Source of the DNA: Felis catus
Taxonomy: Eukaryota
Length of the DNA: 64,000 nucleotides
Reading direction: 5' to 3'
Assembly: GCF_018350175.1 (NCBI RefSeq)
Contig: NC_058368.1
Coordinates: forward strand, 15,874,001-15,938,000
Position numbers and translations under genes: made by a program. Positions within the stretch are counted from its first letter, which is position 1; each line of letters opens with the position of its first letter. This document shows positions 23,323-35,879 of the stretch, piece by piece. A model generated the notes under the pieces. It saw only the letters and a program-made list of their open reading frames with translations, had not been told where the DNA came from and ran no database searches.

Positions 23323-25012
23323 TTATTATTTTTTAATTTATTTTTTTAAATTCAAGTTAGTTAACATACAGTGTAGTATTGGTTTCAGTAGAACCCAGTG
23401 ATTCATCACTTCTATATAACACCCTGTGCTCATCCCCAACAAGTGCCCTCCTTAATGCCCATCGCTCATTTAGCCCATTCTGATACCTTCCCTCCAGCAA
23501 TGCTCAGTTTGTTTTCTGTATTTAAGATTCTCTTATGGTTTGCCTTCTCTGTTTTTATCTTATTTCTCCTTCCCTTCCCCTATGTTCATCTGTCATGTTT
23601 TTTTAAATTCCACATAAGAGTGAAACCATGTGATATTTGTCTTTCTCTGATGGACTTATTTTGCTTACCATAATACATTCTAGTTCCATCCGTAATGTTG
23701 CAAGTGGCAAGATTTCACTCTTTTTGATCGCCAAGTAATAGTCTATTGTGTAGTCACACACCACATCTTCTTTATCCATTCATCAGTTGATGGACATTTG
23801 GGCTCTTTCCATAATTTGGCTATTGTCAATAATGTTGCTATAAACATTGGGGTACATGTGCCCCTTAGAGTCAGCACTCCTGTATCCTTTGGATAAATAC
23901 CTAGTAGAGGAATTTCTGGGTCATAGGGTAACTCTATTTTTAATTTTTTGAGGAACCTTTATACTTTTTTCCAGAGTGGCTGCACCACTTTGCATTCCCA
24001 CCAACAGTGCAAAAGTGTTCCCCTTTCTCTGCATCCTTGCCAATATCTGTTATTTCCTGAGTTGCTCACTTTAGCCATTGTGACAGGAGTAAGGTGGTAC
24101 CTCATTGTTTTGATTTGTATTTCTTTGATGATGAGTGATGTTGAGCTGCTTTTCATGTCTGTTAGCCATCTGCATGTCTTCTTTGGAAAAGTGTCTATTC
24201 ATGTCTTCTGCCCATTTCTTGACTAGATTATTTGTTTTTGGGGTGTTGAGTTTAATAAGTTCTTTATAGATTTTGGATACCAATGCATTATCCAATATGT
24301 CATTTTAAAATATCTTCTCCCATTCCATTGGTTGCCTTTTAGTTTTGTTGACTGTTTCCTTCACTGTGCAGAAGATTTTTATCTTGATGAGGTCTCAGAA
24401 GTTCATTCTTGCTTTTGTTCCCCTTGCTTCTGGAGATATGTCAAGTAAGAAGTTGCTGTAGCCAAGGTCAAAGAGGTTGCTGCCTGTTTCCTCCTCTAAG
24501 ATATTGATGGTTTCCTGTCTCACATTTAGGTCTTTCATCCATTTTGAATTTATTTTTGTGTATGGTATAAGAAATGGTCCAGTGTTATTTTTCTGCATGT
24601 CACTGTCCAGTTTTCCCAGCACCATTTGCTGAAGAGACTGTCATGTTTCCATTGTATTCTTAACTGCTTTGCCAAAGATTAGTTGGCCATACATCTGTGG
24701 GTCCATTTCTGTGTTCTCTATTCTGTTCCATAGATCTGTATGTCTGTTTTTGTGCCAGTATCATACTGTCTTGATGATTACAGCTTTGTAATACAGCTCG
24801 AAGTCTGGAGTTGTAATGCCTCCAGCTTTGGTTTTCTTTTTCAGGATTGCTTTGGCTATTTAGGGTCTTTTCTGGTTCCATACAAATTTTAGGATTGTTT
24901 GTGTTAGCTCTGTGAAGAATGCTGATGTCATTTTGATAGGGATTGCTTTGAATGTGTAGATTGCTTTGGGTAGTATAGACATTTAACAAAAAACATTCCA
25001 TGCTCATGGATT
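23323..25012 (-). mobile_element. 5'-truncated felid/carnivore L1 with short 5' inversion
   Basis: 3'UTR, HCWWECK motif, TSD tagaattgtca (23310, 25012). Confidence 0.95.
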
Positions 25013-25699
25013 AGAATTGTCATCTAATTTAAAACTGAGGGTTCGTCTGTTGCTCCTTGTTGGAGCTTCACCCTGTGGAAACTTTACAGGCCTATAGGCA
25101 AGGCTAAGTTAGTGGTTTGCTTCTTTGCTCATCATATTTATGTTTGTTCCTAATAAGGTCAGTTTTTAATTTGGGGAATGACATCGTTTTTGGCTCTTCA
25201 CATGAACATGAATGTCCCAGGCTCCTGATGATTTGTAAACCAGAAGATACAGCAGCTGAAATGCATTAGTTTAATAATAAATACAGGAAATGGTTTGATC
25301 TTATAAAATATGCATTATACAAATATCTCACACCAAATAGTGGTCTTAATAGTGGCAGTGTTTCAGCCATAGCTGGTTTTCCACTGTATTCCAAGAGTGT
25401 TTTTGCTTGTGATTTTAAAATTCCAAGTTATTTCCAGGATGATTCAGTCTCTAAGTTTTTTCTGCTTGTCCCTTACTATGTTTTAGATTTCACAGTGCTG
25501 TTGAACAGTTACCTAAGCAAAGCATGGAAGAAATCTTGAATCACAGATGGAATCAGCAATGGAAGTATTTGTTCTCTCTCAATCCCCTAAAGTGAGGAAA
25601 GGGGGAAGTACTTAGCATGGGCTGAAGGGCAAAGGAGACCATTAAAGGACCCCTTGGAGGTAGATAAAGCCAAATAGCTATAAAGGAGGAGTCAATTGA

Positions 25700-26390
25700 A
25701 TTTGCTGCCTACTAGGCATCCCCGTAGGCATTTCCAATTAGATATCTGCGTCTCTCAGGCATCTCAGATTTAACATATGCAAAACCAAGCTCTTTTTTTT
25801 TTTAAATGTTTATTTATTTTTGAGAGAGATGGAGACAGAATGCAAGTGGGTTAGGAGCAGAGAGAGAGGAAGACACAGAATCCGAAGCAGACTCCAGGCT
25901 CTGAGCTGTCAGCACACAGCTGGCAGGGGCTCGAACTCACGAGCTGTGAGATCATGACCTGAGCTGAAGTCAGACGCTCAACCGACTGAGCCACCCCGGG
26001 ACCCCCAAAACCAAACTCTTGATCTTGACCCACCCAAAACAGGCACTGCCAGGTCTTTCCCATCTCAGTTTATGGTAACTTCCTCCTAGTTACCCAGCCC
26101 AAACATTAAGAAGTCATTTTTGACTTGCCTCTCTCTCTTTCTCCTCTTGTTGGCTCTACCTATAATTCATGTGTTATTTTTCATCACAATAATTATCATC
26201 TTCTAAATAATTTAATTTACTTATTTCTTTTTGTTATTTGCCCCTACTACGGTATAGATTCCATGAAGGGAGTTTTCATCTACTCACTTATACAACCCCA
26301 GCAACTGAAACATTTGGAACAAATATTTGGAATATAGTATGTGCTTAATAAATAAATGTTGAATGAACAAATGAAAATATGAATGAACTA
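25700..26390 (+). mobile_element. L2 relic (interrupted by SINE)
   Basis: aggcatctcagatttaacat...ttcccatctcagt...; 3' end gtgcttaataaataaatgttgaatgaa. Confidence 0.7.
25793..26006 (-). mobile_element. CanSINE
   Basis: SINEC body; TSD aaaaccaa(g/a)ctctt. Confidence 0.95.
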
Positions 26391-27699
26391 TGCTGAAACA
26401 TGACTGTAGCCTAATCTCTCCACTGTTTAATTGTGGCATGATTGCCACGTCCAGATGGGTTTTATGTATCAGAACATGTCTAATGTTAGCAGAGGTAGAA
26501 AAAAACTGGTTTGTATAATTTGATGTTTTCCTGTGTTGTTTTATTCCTCTCTTTCCATAATAGGGATAACAGATTGACTACATTGGATTTTAGAGGTAAA
26601 GATGAGATTTATAGGTAAAAATAAATTTTATCTAGAATTTTTGAGTCAAATCTCAAACCAAGAATCATCAAATGAGCTTGAAGAAATGCAGTGGGAAGCT
26701 TTCAGAACTTTTTTATCAAGATGCTTATGAACAAGTCTGTATGTATGCTCGTGTTGTGGATAGTGATGCTCGTACTACTAGATTGGGGTAAAAAGCGTAT
26801 GTGTCTGAACTTCTGTGATCCATCTCCGACTGGAAAAGTAGCAGCATACTTGGCTGCTCTGTCCCTCTAGCTCTGTGCCTCTAGTCCCTCATAATGTACC
26901 TAAGGTATCCTTGAGGTAGAAGATGCCTGAAGGGAAAGGTGTGAAGGACTTTGGAGGTTCCACTCAACTTATGCATTAATAAAGGAGCCATCATTCCTTC
27001 TTTTCCCTTATGGTTTAAAAGGTCTCCCTGCCATTTTGCAAATTTCTTTTTGTTTTTTAGTTTCTTTATAACAATTTATGACTTGTCTGGATTTTCCGTT
27101 AATATTTTACATGTTGAGGGACACAATGTTTTAAATCCTGTGATTCTCCTGTGCCTAAACTGTTTCTAAATTATATCATACATGGGAACTGTAGCCAGGA
27201 GTTAAAAATCTGGCAGTTAAAACTTGGATTCAGTACAGGTTTTCTAATGTTCCTTGGAATCACTCAACATGACCTCTTGACGGGTGAGTGTCTGTCTCTC
27301 TCTTTTGTAATTCCTGGGGGTTTCAAAGTTGGAAGTCAGAGAAATACAGAACTGATGATGCAGCTTTATTTGGAAAATGTGTCATTTTATTTCTACATAT
27401 TTCAGATGTGGTTGTGTATGTGTGCACGTGTGTATGTGTGTGTGTGACCAATGTAAAGCTGTAAATATATTAAGAGAAAAAATTGCATATAAATGTGTGC
27501 ATACTTAAAAAAAACCTCTTAGCTTTACAGCATAAAATATCTTCTGTCTTTATGTGTTAGATTATAATTTATTACTCTACAGGAGATTCCCAACCTGGGA
27601 ACAAAAGCATTTGCACATGTGTTGCTGAAGATTAGTTCAGGGAATGGGAAAAAGAGGAGTTAATGGTAAAGAGCTAAGACATAAATTTTGAGAAGCTGT

Positions 27700-27940
27700 T
27701 ATTGTTCAAATACTATGTTAGGTGCTCCACTCACCTTATTCCATTTAATACCACAATCCTATGAGGTAGCTGTTATTCCCCCTAACTGGGTAAGGGAAAA
27801 TAACTGTTATTTTCCTTTACTGAATAAGGAAAGTATGTCTCAAAGTATGTAGCTGGTCTAAGGTTGTACAGAGAATGTGGCTGAACTGGGATTCAAAACT
27901 GCCTGGGCTTGTACAACTCTGAGGCTCATGTTCTTTCAAC
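27700..27940 (-). mobile_element. MIR
   Basis: acaatcctatgaggtag...gaactgggattcaaa. Confidence 0.65.
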
Positions 27941-28631
27941 TTCATGCAGAAATGGGAGTGCCAAGGGCTTGAATAATAAGGATGGTCTTGTTTTCTGGTC
28001 CAATTATTGGCTCACCTGCTTCCCTAGCCATTACCTCTGTGTGATTTATTGCAGATCATGGCACCATCTCTTAGGCCTTTTCTCTGCCATTTCTGTGGTT
28101 ACTTCTTTATTCAGTTTTGTCAAAGTTTTTTGGTTTTGTTTTTGTCTTTCTGTTAGTTAAATGAAATGTCTTTTTTAAAAAAGTTTCCTTTTTCAGTGTT
28201 GTTGTTGTTTTTTTCTTTTTCTTTCCATGGAATCCTTTAAGTATAAACAAGATTCCACATAGAAGCTCTGGTATCACTCTGGCTAAACAAAGATTTAAGT
28301 AAAATTTAACGAAAATACAGAAGAGAACCAGACATAAGTGGCTCTGAGCACTTTCTCAGAAAAATTGGGATGCACACTAGCATAAAAACTGTATCATTTT
28401 AAAGACATATCTTCCCTCCAGTATTCTCATGAGAATTCACATCACAAATAACAAAAAACCTAAGCTTATTTTGTTTTATGAGTTATGGTAAGGAGACAAA
28501 TTTCTGCTAGTAGGGCAGTAGCATTGAATTTGGGGAGGCATTGGCACAGGGGCTGGAGAGGGAGGTGCAGCTTTGATAGTTGGCATTTTCATCTTCCTCA
28601 CTCTCTCACATCACAAGTTATGTTCCTAAAT

Positions 28632-28846
28632 TTTCTTCTTCTTTTTAAAAAAAATGTTTGTTTATTTTTGAGGAAGAGAGAGCATGTGAGCATGATTGGA
28701 GGAGGGGGAGAGAGAGAATCCCAAGCAGGCCCTGCACTGTCAGCACAGAGCCTGAAGCAGTCTTCGATATCAGGAACTGTAAGATCATGACGTGAGCTGA
28801 AATCAGGAGTTGGATGCTTAAACTGACCGAGCCAGTCAGGCACCCC
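28632..28846 (-). mobile_element. CanSINE
   Basis: SINEC body; TSD tatgttcc(t/c)aaat. Confidence 0.93.
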
Positions 28847-28994
28847 TATGTTCCCAAATATTCTAATCTGCGACAATTTAGGTAAGAGAAGGAGCTAGTG
28901 TGAGGTATGGGAGGGCATAAAAGGTTATAAAGTCTTTTAAAAGATATTGTTTTATTCAGTCTTTATAACAAATATGTGAAGTGGGTAGTGCATT

Positions 28995-29290
28995 GTATTA
29001 CTTGGCTTTGCAACAGTAACAACCCTCTAATCTCAGTGGTTTACAGCAATGAAGTTTGTCATTTATGTTTTATGGAGGCTATAAATCAGTGCATGTCTGC
29101 TTCCTGAGTGCTCTTCATTCTAGAATCCAGGCTGAAAGAGCAGCCCCCTTATGGGTGTGTTATAATAGCAAAGGATTAGGACAAATGTCACATTACATTG
29201 GACAAAGCATGTCATATGTCCAGGTCCAAAGACAGAGTGTGTGAAAATGTATACTCCTCCCATGGCCAGGTAGTATTATAATGTACCACA
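28995..29290 (-). mobile_element. Old MaLR LTR relic (MLT1J-like)
   Basis: gtaacaaccctctaatctcagtggtttacagcaatgaagttt...ccaggctgaaagagcagcc. Confidence 0.55.
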
Positions 29291-29309
29291 GACAAGTGTT
29301 GCTATTGTG

Positions 29310-29450
29310 GTTGCCCTTCTTATTCTACACAAGTGGAAACCAAGGCATAGAGAAGTTAGAAGAACTGTCCAAGATCACACTACTGACAAGTGGTCGAGGA
29401 CAGTTTGGAACTCAAGTTGGACTGGAGGCCATTACTTTATGTATTATACC
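29310..29450 (-). mobile_element. MIR fragment
   Basis: ggaaaccaaggcatagagaagtta...tccaagatcacac. Confidence 0.65.
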
Positions 29451-29651
29451 AACAAGAATGACATTTTCTTTCATTTATCCCTTTATTTTTGTTGATGACA
29501 TTGAGAGCAGTTTTCCTCCTAATGACCTACTAGAACAGTGTCCATTGTTTCCTTCTCTTCCAGTCTTTCAAATCGATGGCTTTAACATAAACCTTAAACT
29601 TCAAATGATTTCTGTATGACAGAAGTCAGTATTTAAAAGTTACAGATAGTT

Positions 29652-29860
29652 GGGGTGCTGGGTGGCTCAGTTGGTTAAGCATCTGACTCTTACTTTCGGC
29701 TCAGGTCATAATCTCACAGTTTCGCGAGTTTGAGGCCTGCATCAGGCTCCATGCTGACAGCACAAAGCCTGCTTGAGATTCTGTCTCCCTCTTTCTGCCC
29801 CTCCCCCACCCATGCTGTCTCTGTCTCTCTCAAAATAAATAAATAAACTTAAAAAAAATT
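29652..29860 (+). mobile_element. CanSINE
   Basis: SINEC body; TSD aaagttacagatagt. Confidence 0.95.
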
Positions 29861-30116
29861 AAAGTTACAGATAGTCCAGTTTCTGATGAAAGTGTGAATT
29901 AAAAAAATAAAATTCTTTTTCAAATCTGGAACTGAGATTAATTATTGTTTAATAAAAATTTGTCCTAAGTCCCATATTTCTTTGTATCAGTTAAAGGCAT
30001 TGTCTATGAAAGAGGGCCAAATGTAATTTATAATGGTGCTTGTGTGGACTTTCACTGATAAGGAATTTTGTGAGCATTTTCAGAATGGGAAGCATTATTT
30101 AAAAAAATTTTTTTTA

Positions 30117-30355
30117 GGGGCGCCTGGGTGGCGCAGTCAGTTGCGACCGACTTCAGCCAGGTCACGATCTCACGGTCCGTGAGTTCGAGCCCCGCGTCGG
30201 GCTCTGGGCTGATGGCTCGGAGCCTGTTTCTGATTCTGTGTTTCCCTCTCTCTCTGCCCCTCCCCCGTTCATGCTGTGTCTCTCTCTGTCCTAAAAATAA
30301 ATAAACGTTGAAAAAAAAATAAATAAAAATAAAAAAAAATAAAAAAAAATAAAAA
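30117..30355 (+). mobile_element. Young CanSINE inserted in the tail of an opposite-strand SINE
   Basis: CpG-rich body, long A tail, TSD ttaaaaaaatttttttt. Confidence 0.95.
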
Positions 30356-30572
30356 TTAAAAAAAATTTTTTTTAATGTTTATTAAATTTTGAGAGACACA
30401 GAGAACGAGCAGGGGATGAGCAGAGAGAGAGAGGGAGACACAGAATCTGAGGCAGGCTGCAGTCTCTGAGCTGTCAGCACAGAGCCCAATGTGGGGCTCA
30501 AATGCAGGAACCATGAGATCATGACCTGAGCCGAAGTCTGATGCTCAGCCGACTGAGCCACCCAGGCGCCCC
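30356..30572 (-). mobile_element. CanSINE (host)
   Basis: Outer TSD cagaatgggaagcatt/cagaatgtggagcatt (30081, 30573). Confidence 0.93.
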
Positions 30573-31423
30573 CAGAATGTGGAGCATTGTTAACCGAAGT
30601 GGTGGTATGACCCTGGTTTGTTTCCAGCCCAGTCTTCCCTGAATTCTCTAAACCTCAAGCTAGCAGAGCTGCTGACTTCCCAGAACACTTAGATCTCTCC
30701 TTTCTTGTCTCTGGCTCTTGGCTTAGGATATTGTTCCCTCAGCTGAAATGCTTCCAGCCTGATCCACCTTTTCAGTCAACCGGGTCTGATTCTAAGTTTT
30801 TCAAGGCTTCGTCTTTAAATGCTTTGTGCTCCACAAGTCTTTTCCCGTCTCATCGAATACAAATAGAAATCCTCAAACAATACTTTGCTTGAACTCTTGT
30901 ACTCCTTCTTCCCCTTTTGCCCAATACCTTTCACCTAACAGATATGCAACAAATCATTTTTTAATGGAAATAAATTGAACTACTGTATTTGCTAAATTGA
31001 AGTTTTTGTGTGGAATTGATTCATATATTTATTTAACAAGTAGTTGTTAAATGCCTACATTTGTAAGACACAATTAACTTATTAACTTGCTAAAGGTAAC
31101 ATAACAATAGAGTGATGTATTCAGGACTGAAATCCAGGATTGCCTGACTCCACAGCCAGTGCTCTTGAACACTACCTAGGTATCAAAAGCTAGAGATTTC
31201 TGAATGCTAGAGAGCGTCACTGTTGGGCAGATACTAATCTTCTTTCTTCCCCTTAAAAATTGTATAAAGTATTTTTACCAATGCCTTTTTAAGCTACTAT
31301 TTAGTCTTGGTTTCAAAATTGTCATTAAAACCATTTTTTCCTATTAATGTAAGATGTTCCCATCGAAAGTAAAATAACATTTTCTGTATGGACTGACTGT
31401 GTTGGGTAAATTGTTCTACCTAA

Positions 31424-31520
31424 AGGCAGATTCAGGTTTTGTGGGTTGTGAGCTTACACATTTTTTTTTCTGGCCCCTTTTAAGAAAAAGAAAAAAAGAA
31501 AAACTACAAACATTAAAAAA
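31424..31520 (+). mobile_element. hAT MITE end (MER53-like)
   Basis: ggcagattcaggttttgtggg...gcttacacattt...ccttttaagaaaaag. Confidence 0.45.
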
Positions 31521-32169
31521 AAAAAGTATGCCATATTTAACATAGGAAAAGAAATCATGACAATTTACTTGAACTTGGAGGTTCAGATCTCTTTTTTTTT
31601 TCCTAAGGTATCTTGAGGCAATTTACCAGAAATGCTTACATAGAAGAGTCTGTATTGCCAACCTGGCTTCTCCTCACCTAGGATACTTCGCAGCTCCTGG
31701 CGACTCCAGGCACCCCAGGGACCATGCATGTGAGGCTTTATTCACTTCCCAGTAAGTCCCCCCTCAGTCTTGGCAATTTAAAAGTGATGGTCAAATTGCA
31801 TTGAGTTTAGTCTTAGATGAGTTTTTGAGTTTATTTTCTAGACTATTTGTGACGTTTTCCTAGAAAATGGAGATATTTATTAGGAATGGCATTGTGAGAC
31901 ACAAGTTTCTTTCTAATTAAAAAAAAATGTTTTTTCCCCATAGCATTGGATGAACTATTGTTATTGTAGAAACCATTTGGTATGAATATAATCTCTTTTT
32001 GGAAATATTGAAATAGAACATAAATAATGAAAATCTGTTCTTAAATGAATAGTGCTGTCACTAAGGTATTTAATGTAGCTCAGACACTGTGTTCAGAATA
32101 ACATTACGCTGAATCAATCACTTCGATTTTCAAAAAAATCTTGTAAGTGACTACACTTTGTTGAAGGAT

Positions 32170-33520
32170 TTAAGTCATTTTTTTCCTTAAAACTTTGTTG
32201 AAGTATTGACCCTGCAAAGAGACACCACTGGAAATTAGTCTTTTTCATGTAGTATTGAAAAATAGCAGCAGAGGGCCACATTGCAATGTGCTGGATTTCT
32301 TTCCTTCAAGAAAGAACATTTTCTGTCCATTGTTTGGCATCTGTTCTCTCATTTTGAAACTTGGCAATACATTTATTTGAAAAGAAGAATCTTTTTATAT
32401 AATTTTATTTTATTTTTAAGTTTTTACTTTTATTGATTTATTTTGAGAGAGAGAGAGAGAGAGAGCATGTGAGGGAGAGGCAGAGAGAGAAGGAGAGAAA
32501 GAATCCCCAGCAGGGTCTGTGCTATCAGTTCAGAGCCTGATGCAGGGCTCAATCCCATGAACTGTGAGATCATGACCTGAGCTGAAATCAAGAGTTGGAC
32601 GCATAACCAACTGAGCCACCCAGGTGCCCTGAAAAAAAGGACTTTTAAATACAAATTTTACTCTATTGAGAATGGAAGATGCAATGTAAGCCTTAAAATT
32701 TATTACCTTTTTTTCTTGGTTGCTCTGAAGATGTTGAAATTTTGACATCTTTCTTCACTTCCTTCCACAGCGGTAAGGAATTAATACTCTTTTAACTTTT
32801 CGGTGCGGGCCGTTACTTTATTTCTTAAGCTCATCCAGTTTGTTGGCAGGTTATTATGAGAACACATTTTGACAAATTATGTTACTTTATTCAAAGGATC
32901 AGAAAAATTACATGGCAGCAGTTCATAACATAATATCACACTTACTACATCTTCCAATTTCCTTTCAGCTGATTGTGCTCATGTTCTAACAAAGTTATTT
33001 CCTACAGTTAAAAAGAAAGTTGTAGGTTAAAACTATGTCAAGATGTTAAAAATGATTGAGGTTGAGTATGTGTGATCTACTCAATAAAACTGTCTTACTT
33101 ATTTTGTGGGCTCATTTTGTGATTAGCTTGACTGCGATCAGGACAGATAATGGCATAGAAAATGAAAGGATTGGCTGAAATACAGCTTAGTGCACCCTAA
33201 ATATGTAGACACGAGTTTGCACTTAATCCCAATAAATTTCTTTTTAACACTATAGTCTAGCAGACCACAAATATTTTTGATAACTCTGGGTTCTGCAGTC
33301 AAATATATTTATTTTTGTAGTCTTAACCTGGTTTCTTATAATTATGTTCATAGAGAGTTTTTTATCTTCTCCAACCATCATTCATTCTCACTAAAAGTAC
33401 ATTTCTAGAATCCTGCTTTTGAAAAAAGGATTCAAAAAGGACTTGTTTTGGGATGAAAGAGTTTCAGAATAATGAATTATTGTTCATTACCAACTTTCAG
33501 AATCCTTGTGTCTTGAGGAA
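32170..33520 (-). pseudogene. Candidate decayed multi-exon gene fragment (unidentified)
   Basis: Six exon-like segments: 33520-33491, 33390-33328, 33131-33099, 33001-32946, ~32853-32707, 32211-32170; GT/AG boundaries except one acceptor; in-frame stops; see findings. Confidence 0.4.
32400..32630 (-). mobile_element. CanSINE
   Basis: Reverse SINEC body ending gagccacccaggtgccc. Confidence 0.95.
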
Positions 33521-33719
33521 CTTGAATAATTTAACTATTAGGGACTATAAACATTATATAGAAAAGAGCCAATATTTTATTGAGATTAAATGAATATATA
33601 ACGTCATATAGAAACATGTAAACATTGTATGGAAACATATAACATAAACATATAAAGATTGTAGAGAAATATTATATAGGAAAGGGCCTCCATATAAACT
33701 TTAGATAAAAAACATGTAT

Positions 33720-33933
33720 TTAAAAAAATTTTTTTAATGTTTATTTATTTTTGAGAGACAGAGAGTGAGCATGAGTGGGGGAGGGGCAGAGAGAGGGAGA
33801 CTGAGGATTCAAAGCAGGCTCTGCACTGAGTGCAGAGCCGGATGTGTGGTTTGAACTAATGAACCTGTGAGATCATGACGTGAGCTGAAATCGAGAGTTG
33901 GCCGCTTAACCAACTGAGCTGCCCAGGAGGCCC
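33720..33933 (-). mobile_element. CanSINE
   Basis: SINEC body; TSD tagataa(a/g)aaacat. Confidence 0.93.
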
Positions 33934-34149
33934 TAGATAAGAAACATTTAAACATTGTATAGAAGAGGGCCAATATTTATTGAGATTAGGTGAATATTTA
34001 TTTTGTATGTATTTGTTGTGATCCGCAAAACAAAATGCTAATAATAATGACTACCAGTTAGACAATTTAGAATATGCCCTACTATTAACTGTCTGTGATA
34101 AAATGTCATATATTTGATTCTGTTTTCTGATAAAGCATTATATACATAA

Positions 34150-34715
34150 AATTGGATAAAATTGGATAAAATTTCAAGGCTTAAAAACAACCACTTCAGG
34201 ACTTCTGAATTGACCAAAGTCGTACAAGTTGAGAAGGAATTATTTATGAAAAAAGTACTGAATGTCAAATAAGAACAGTGGGAGTCTGGCATTTTTGCCT
34301 GGGGCTTCTCCCATCCACACCCACACTCATGCTGATCTGAGCAGAAATGTACAGGACACTGCAAAACAAGAAAGCCATCAGCTTCGTTGCCACAGGGGAT
34401 TCACTTGGTAGGAGCAGAGTGGAGACAAACCTCAGGTTTAACAGTGTTGTCGATAAAAGTACTGGTTTTGGTGGCAAATGAAGGAGGAAGACCAATGGTT
34501 CAGGTAGCACGAGGTTGCGGTAAGCAGTGGACTAGCAGACTGGCCTGAAATTTAACAGGGAGATAAGGGAAATAAGAGCTTTGGTAAGGTCTCCGCACGT
34601 CCATCCAGGAGGGACTGGAGAAGACCCCCAAATCCCCATATCCCTGGCTGAGCGTGAGACTGTATACCTGCAAAGAGCTGCTGCCAGAAGGCCTAGTGGG
34701 AAGTAAAATCCAGGA
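34150..34715 (+). mobile_element. Ancient L1 5'UTR relic (L1M4/MD-like)
   Basis: aaacaaccacttcaggact...aattgaccaaag...aagaacagtgggagtctggcatttttgcctggggct resembles old L1M 5' ends. Confidence 0.6.
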
Positions 34716-35307
34716 CATTATTGAAAACTGACTGATTAATTCAATAAGGCTTTCTTTAGGTCATTTAATTAGGCTTCAAAGGCCATGAAAGGATTATATA
34801 ATTCCTTCTATTTTTGAAAATTCTTTGTAATTTCTAAATATTTAACTTAGAAATACACTAGAATAGGGAATAGTTTTTTAATCTGTGAATTGTGAATCTT
34901 TGAAATCTTTCTCTCCACCTACAGAATAAAACTCAACTTTTGCGAGGTTACCACAGCTGGAGTAGGTAGAATGCAAATCAGATTGAAACAATCTGATTTC
35001 CAAAAATTCATATTCTTAAATACTATGCTATATTTTCAGATGATGGTGATATAGAATATAAAATATCTTTAACATAATATCATAGCAATCAAGTTAATTT
35101 ATACAGTTATTGGTACATTAAGCCAGTATATACTTTATAGTTGATCCTTTAAAAAAACTTTGTATTAAGGAGAATTTCAAACAGTTACAAAAATAGATAA
35201 TATAACAATCCTTTATGTATCTATCCATTACACAGCTTTGAGCTTTTTCTATAAATGCTAAAATTACTGCTTGCTATGCTAATCTTTATTACAAAAGGGA
35301 AATAATT

Positions 35308-35543
35308 CTATTTATTTATTTATTTTATTTATGTATGTTCATTTATTTTGAGAAAGAGAGAGAGTGTGTATGTGTGTGTGTGTGTGAGTGGGGGGAGGGG
35401 CAGAGAGAGAGGAGAGAGAACATCCCAGTCTCCTTGCTGTCAGCACAAGCTCGATGTGGTTCTTGATCTCACGAAATGTGAGATCATGACCTGAGCTAAA
35501 ATCAAGTGTCAGACGTTTAACCAACTGAGCACCCATGCATCCC
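35308..35543 (-). mobile_element. CanSINE with (GT)n
   Basis: Perfect TSD acaaaagggaaataatt. Confidence 0.93.
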
Positions 35544-35879
35544 AACAAAAGGGAAATAATTGAAGTGCATTTTTGTAGGGTAAACACTAATTGCTTTTAA
35601 ATTTGGCAATTAAAAATCTCACTAATCTATTTTACTAACTCATTATTCAGTGACTATTTCCTTTTGGAATGGACACACTTAATATGTTTTTAAAAGTAGT
35701 CAACACAGTGGAAACAGCATAAGGAGTAGGAGGAGTAGGCAGATGGAAATATTCAGTGAATACTTTGGCATAATGGAGCGACCAAGTAGAAGGTAGCTGA
35801 ATGGAGCTTCAGACTTCAGTTTCTTTAAGACATTGTCTCTGGGCTTATGGCCCCATCAATCACCCATGGTCTAATGTTT

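Noticed and set aside
26636..26744. Plus-strand exon with ATG (MSLKKCSGKLSELFYQDAYEQV)
   Set aside because: Weak acceptor, poor Kozak context, weak donor, no recognisable protein
32749..32778. Plus-strand polypyrimidine-cag|cg|gtaagg (2-nt micro-exon)
   Set aside because: Implausibly short; explained as complement of the purine-rich minus-strand segment
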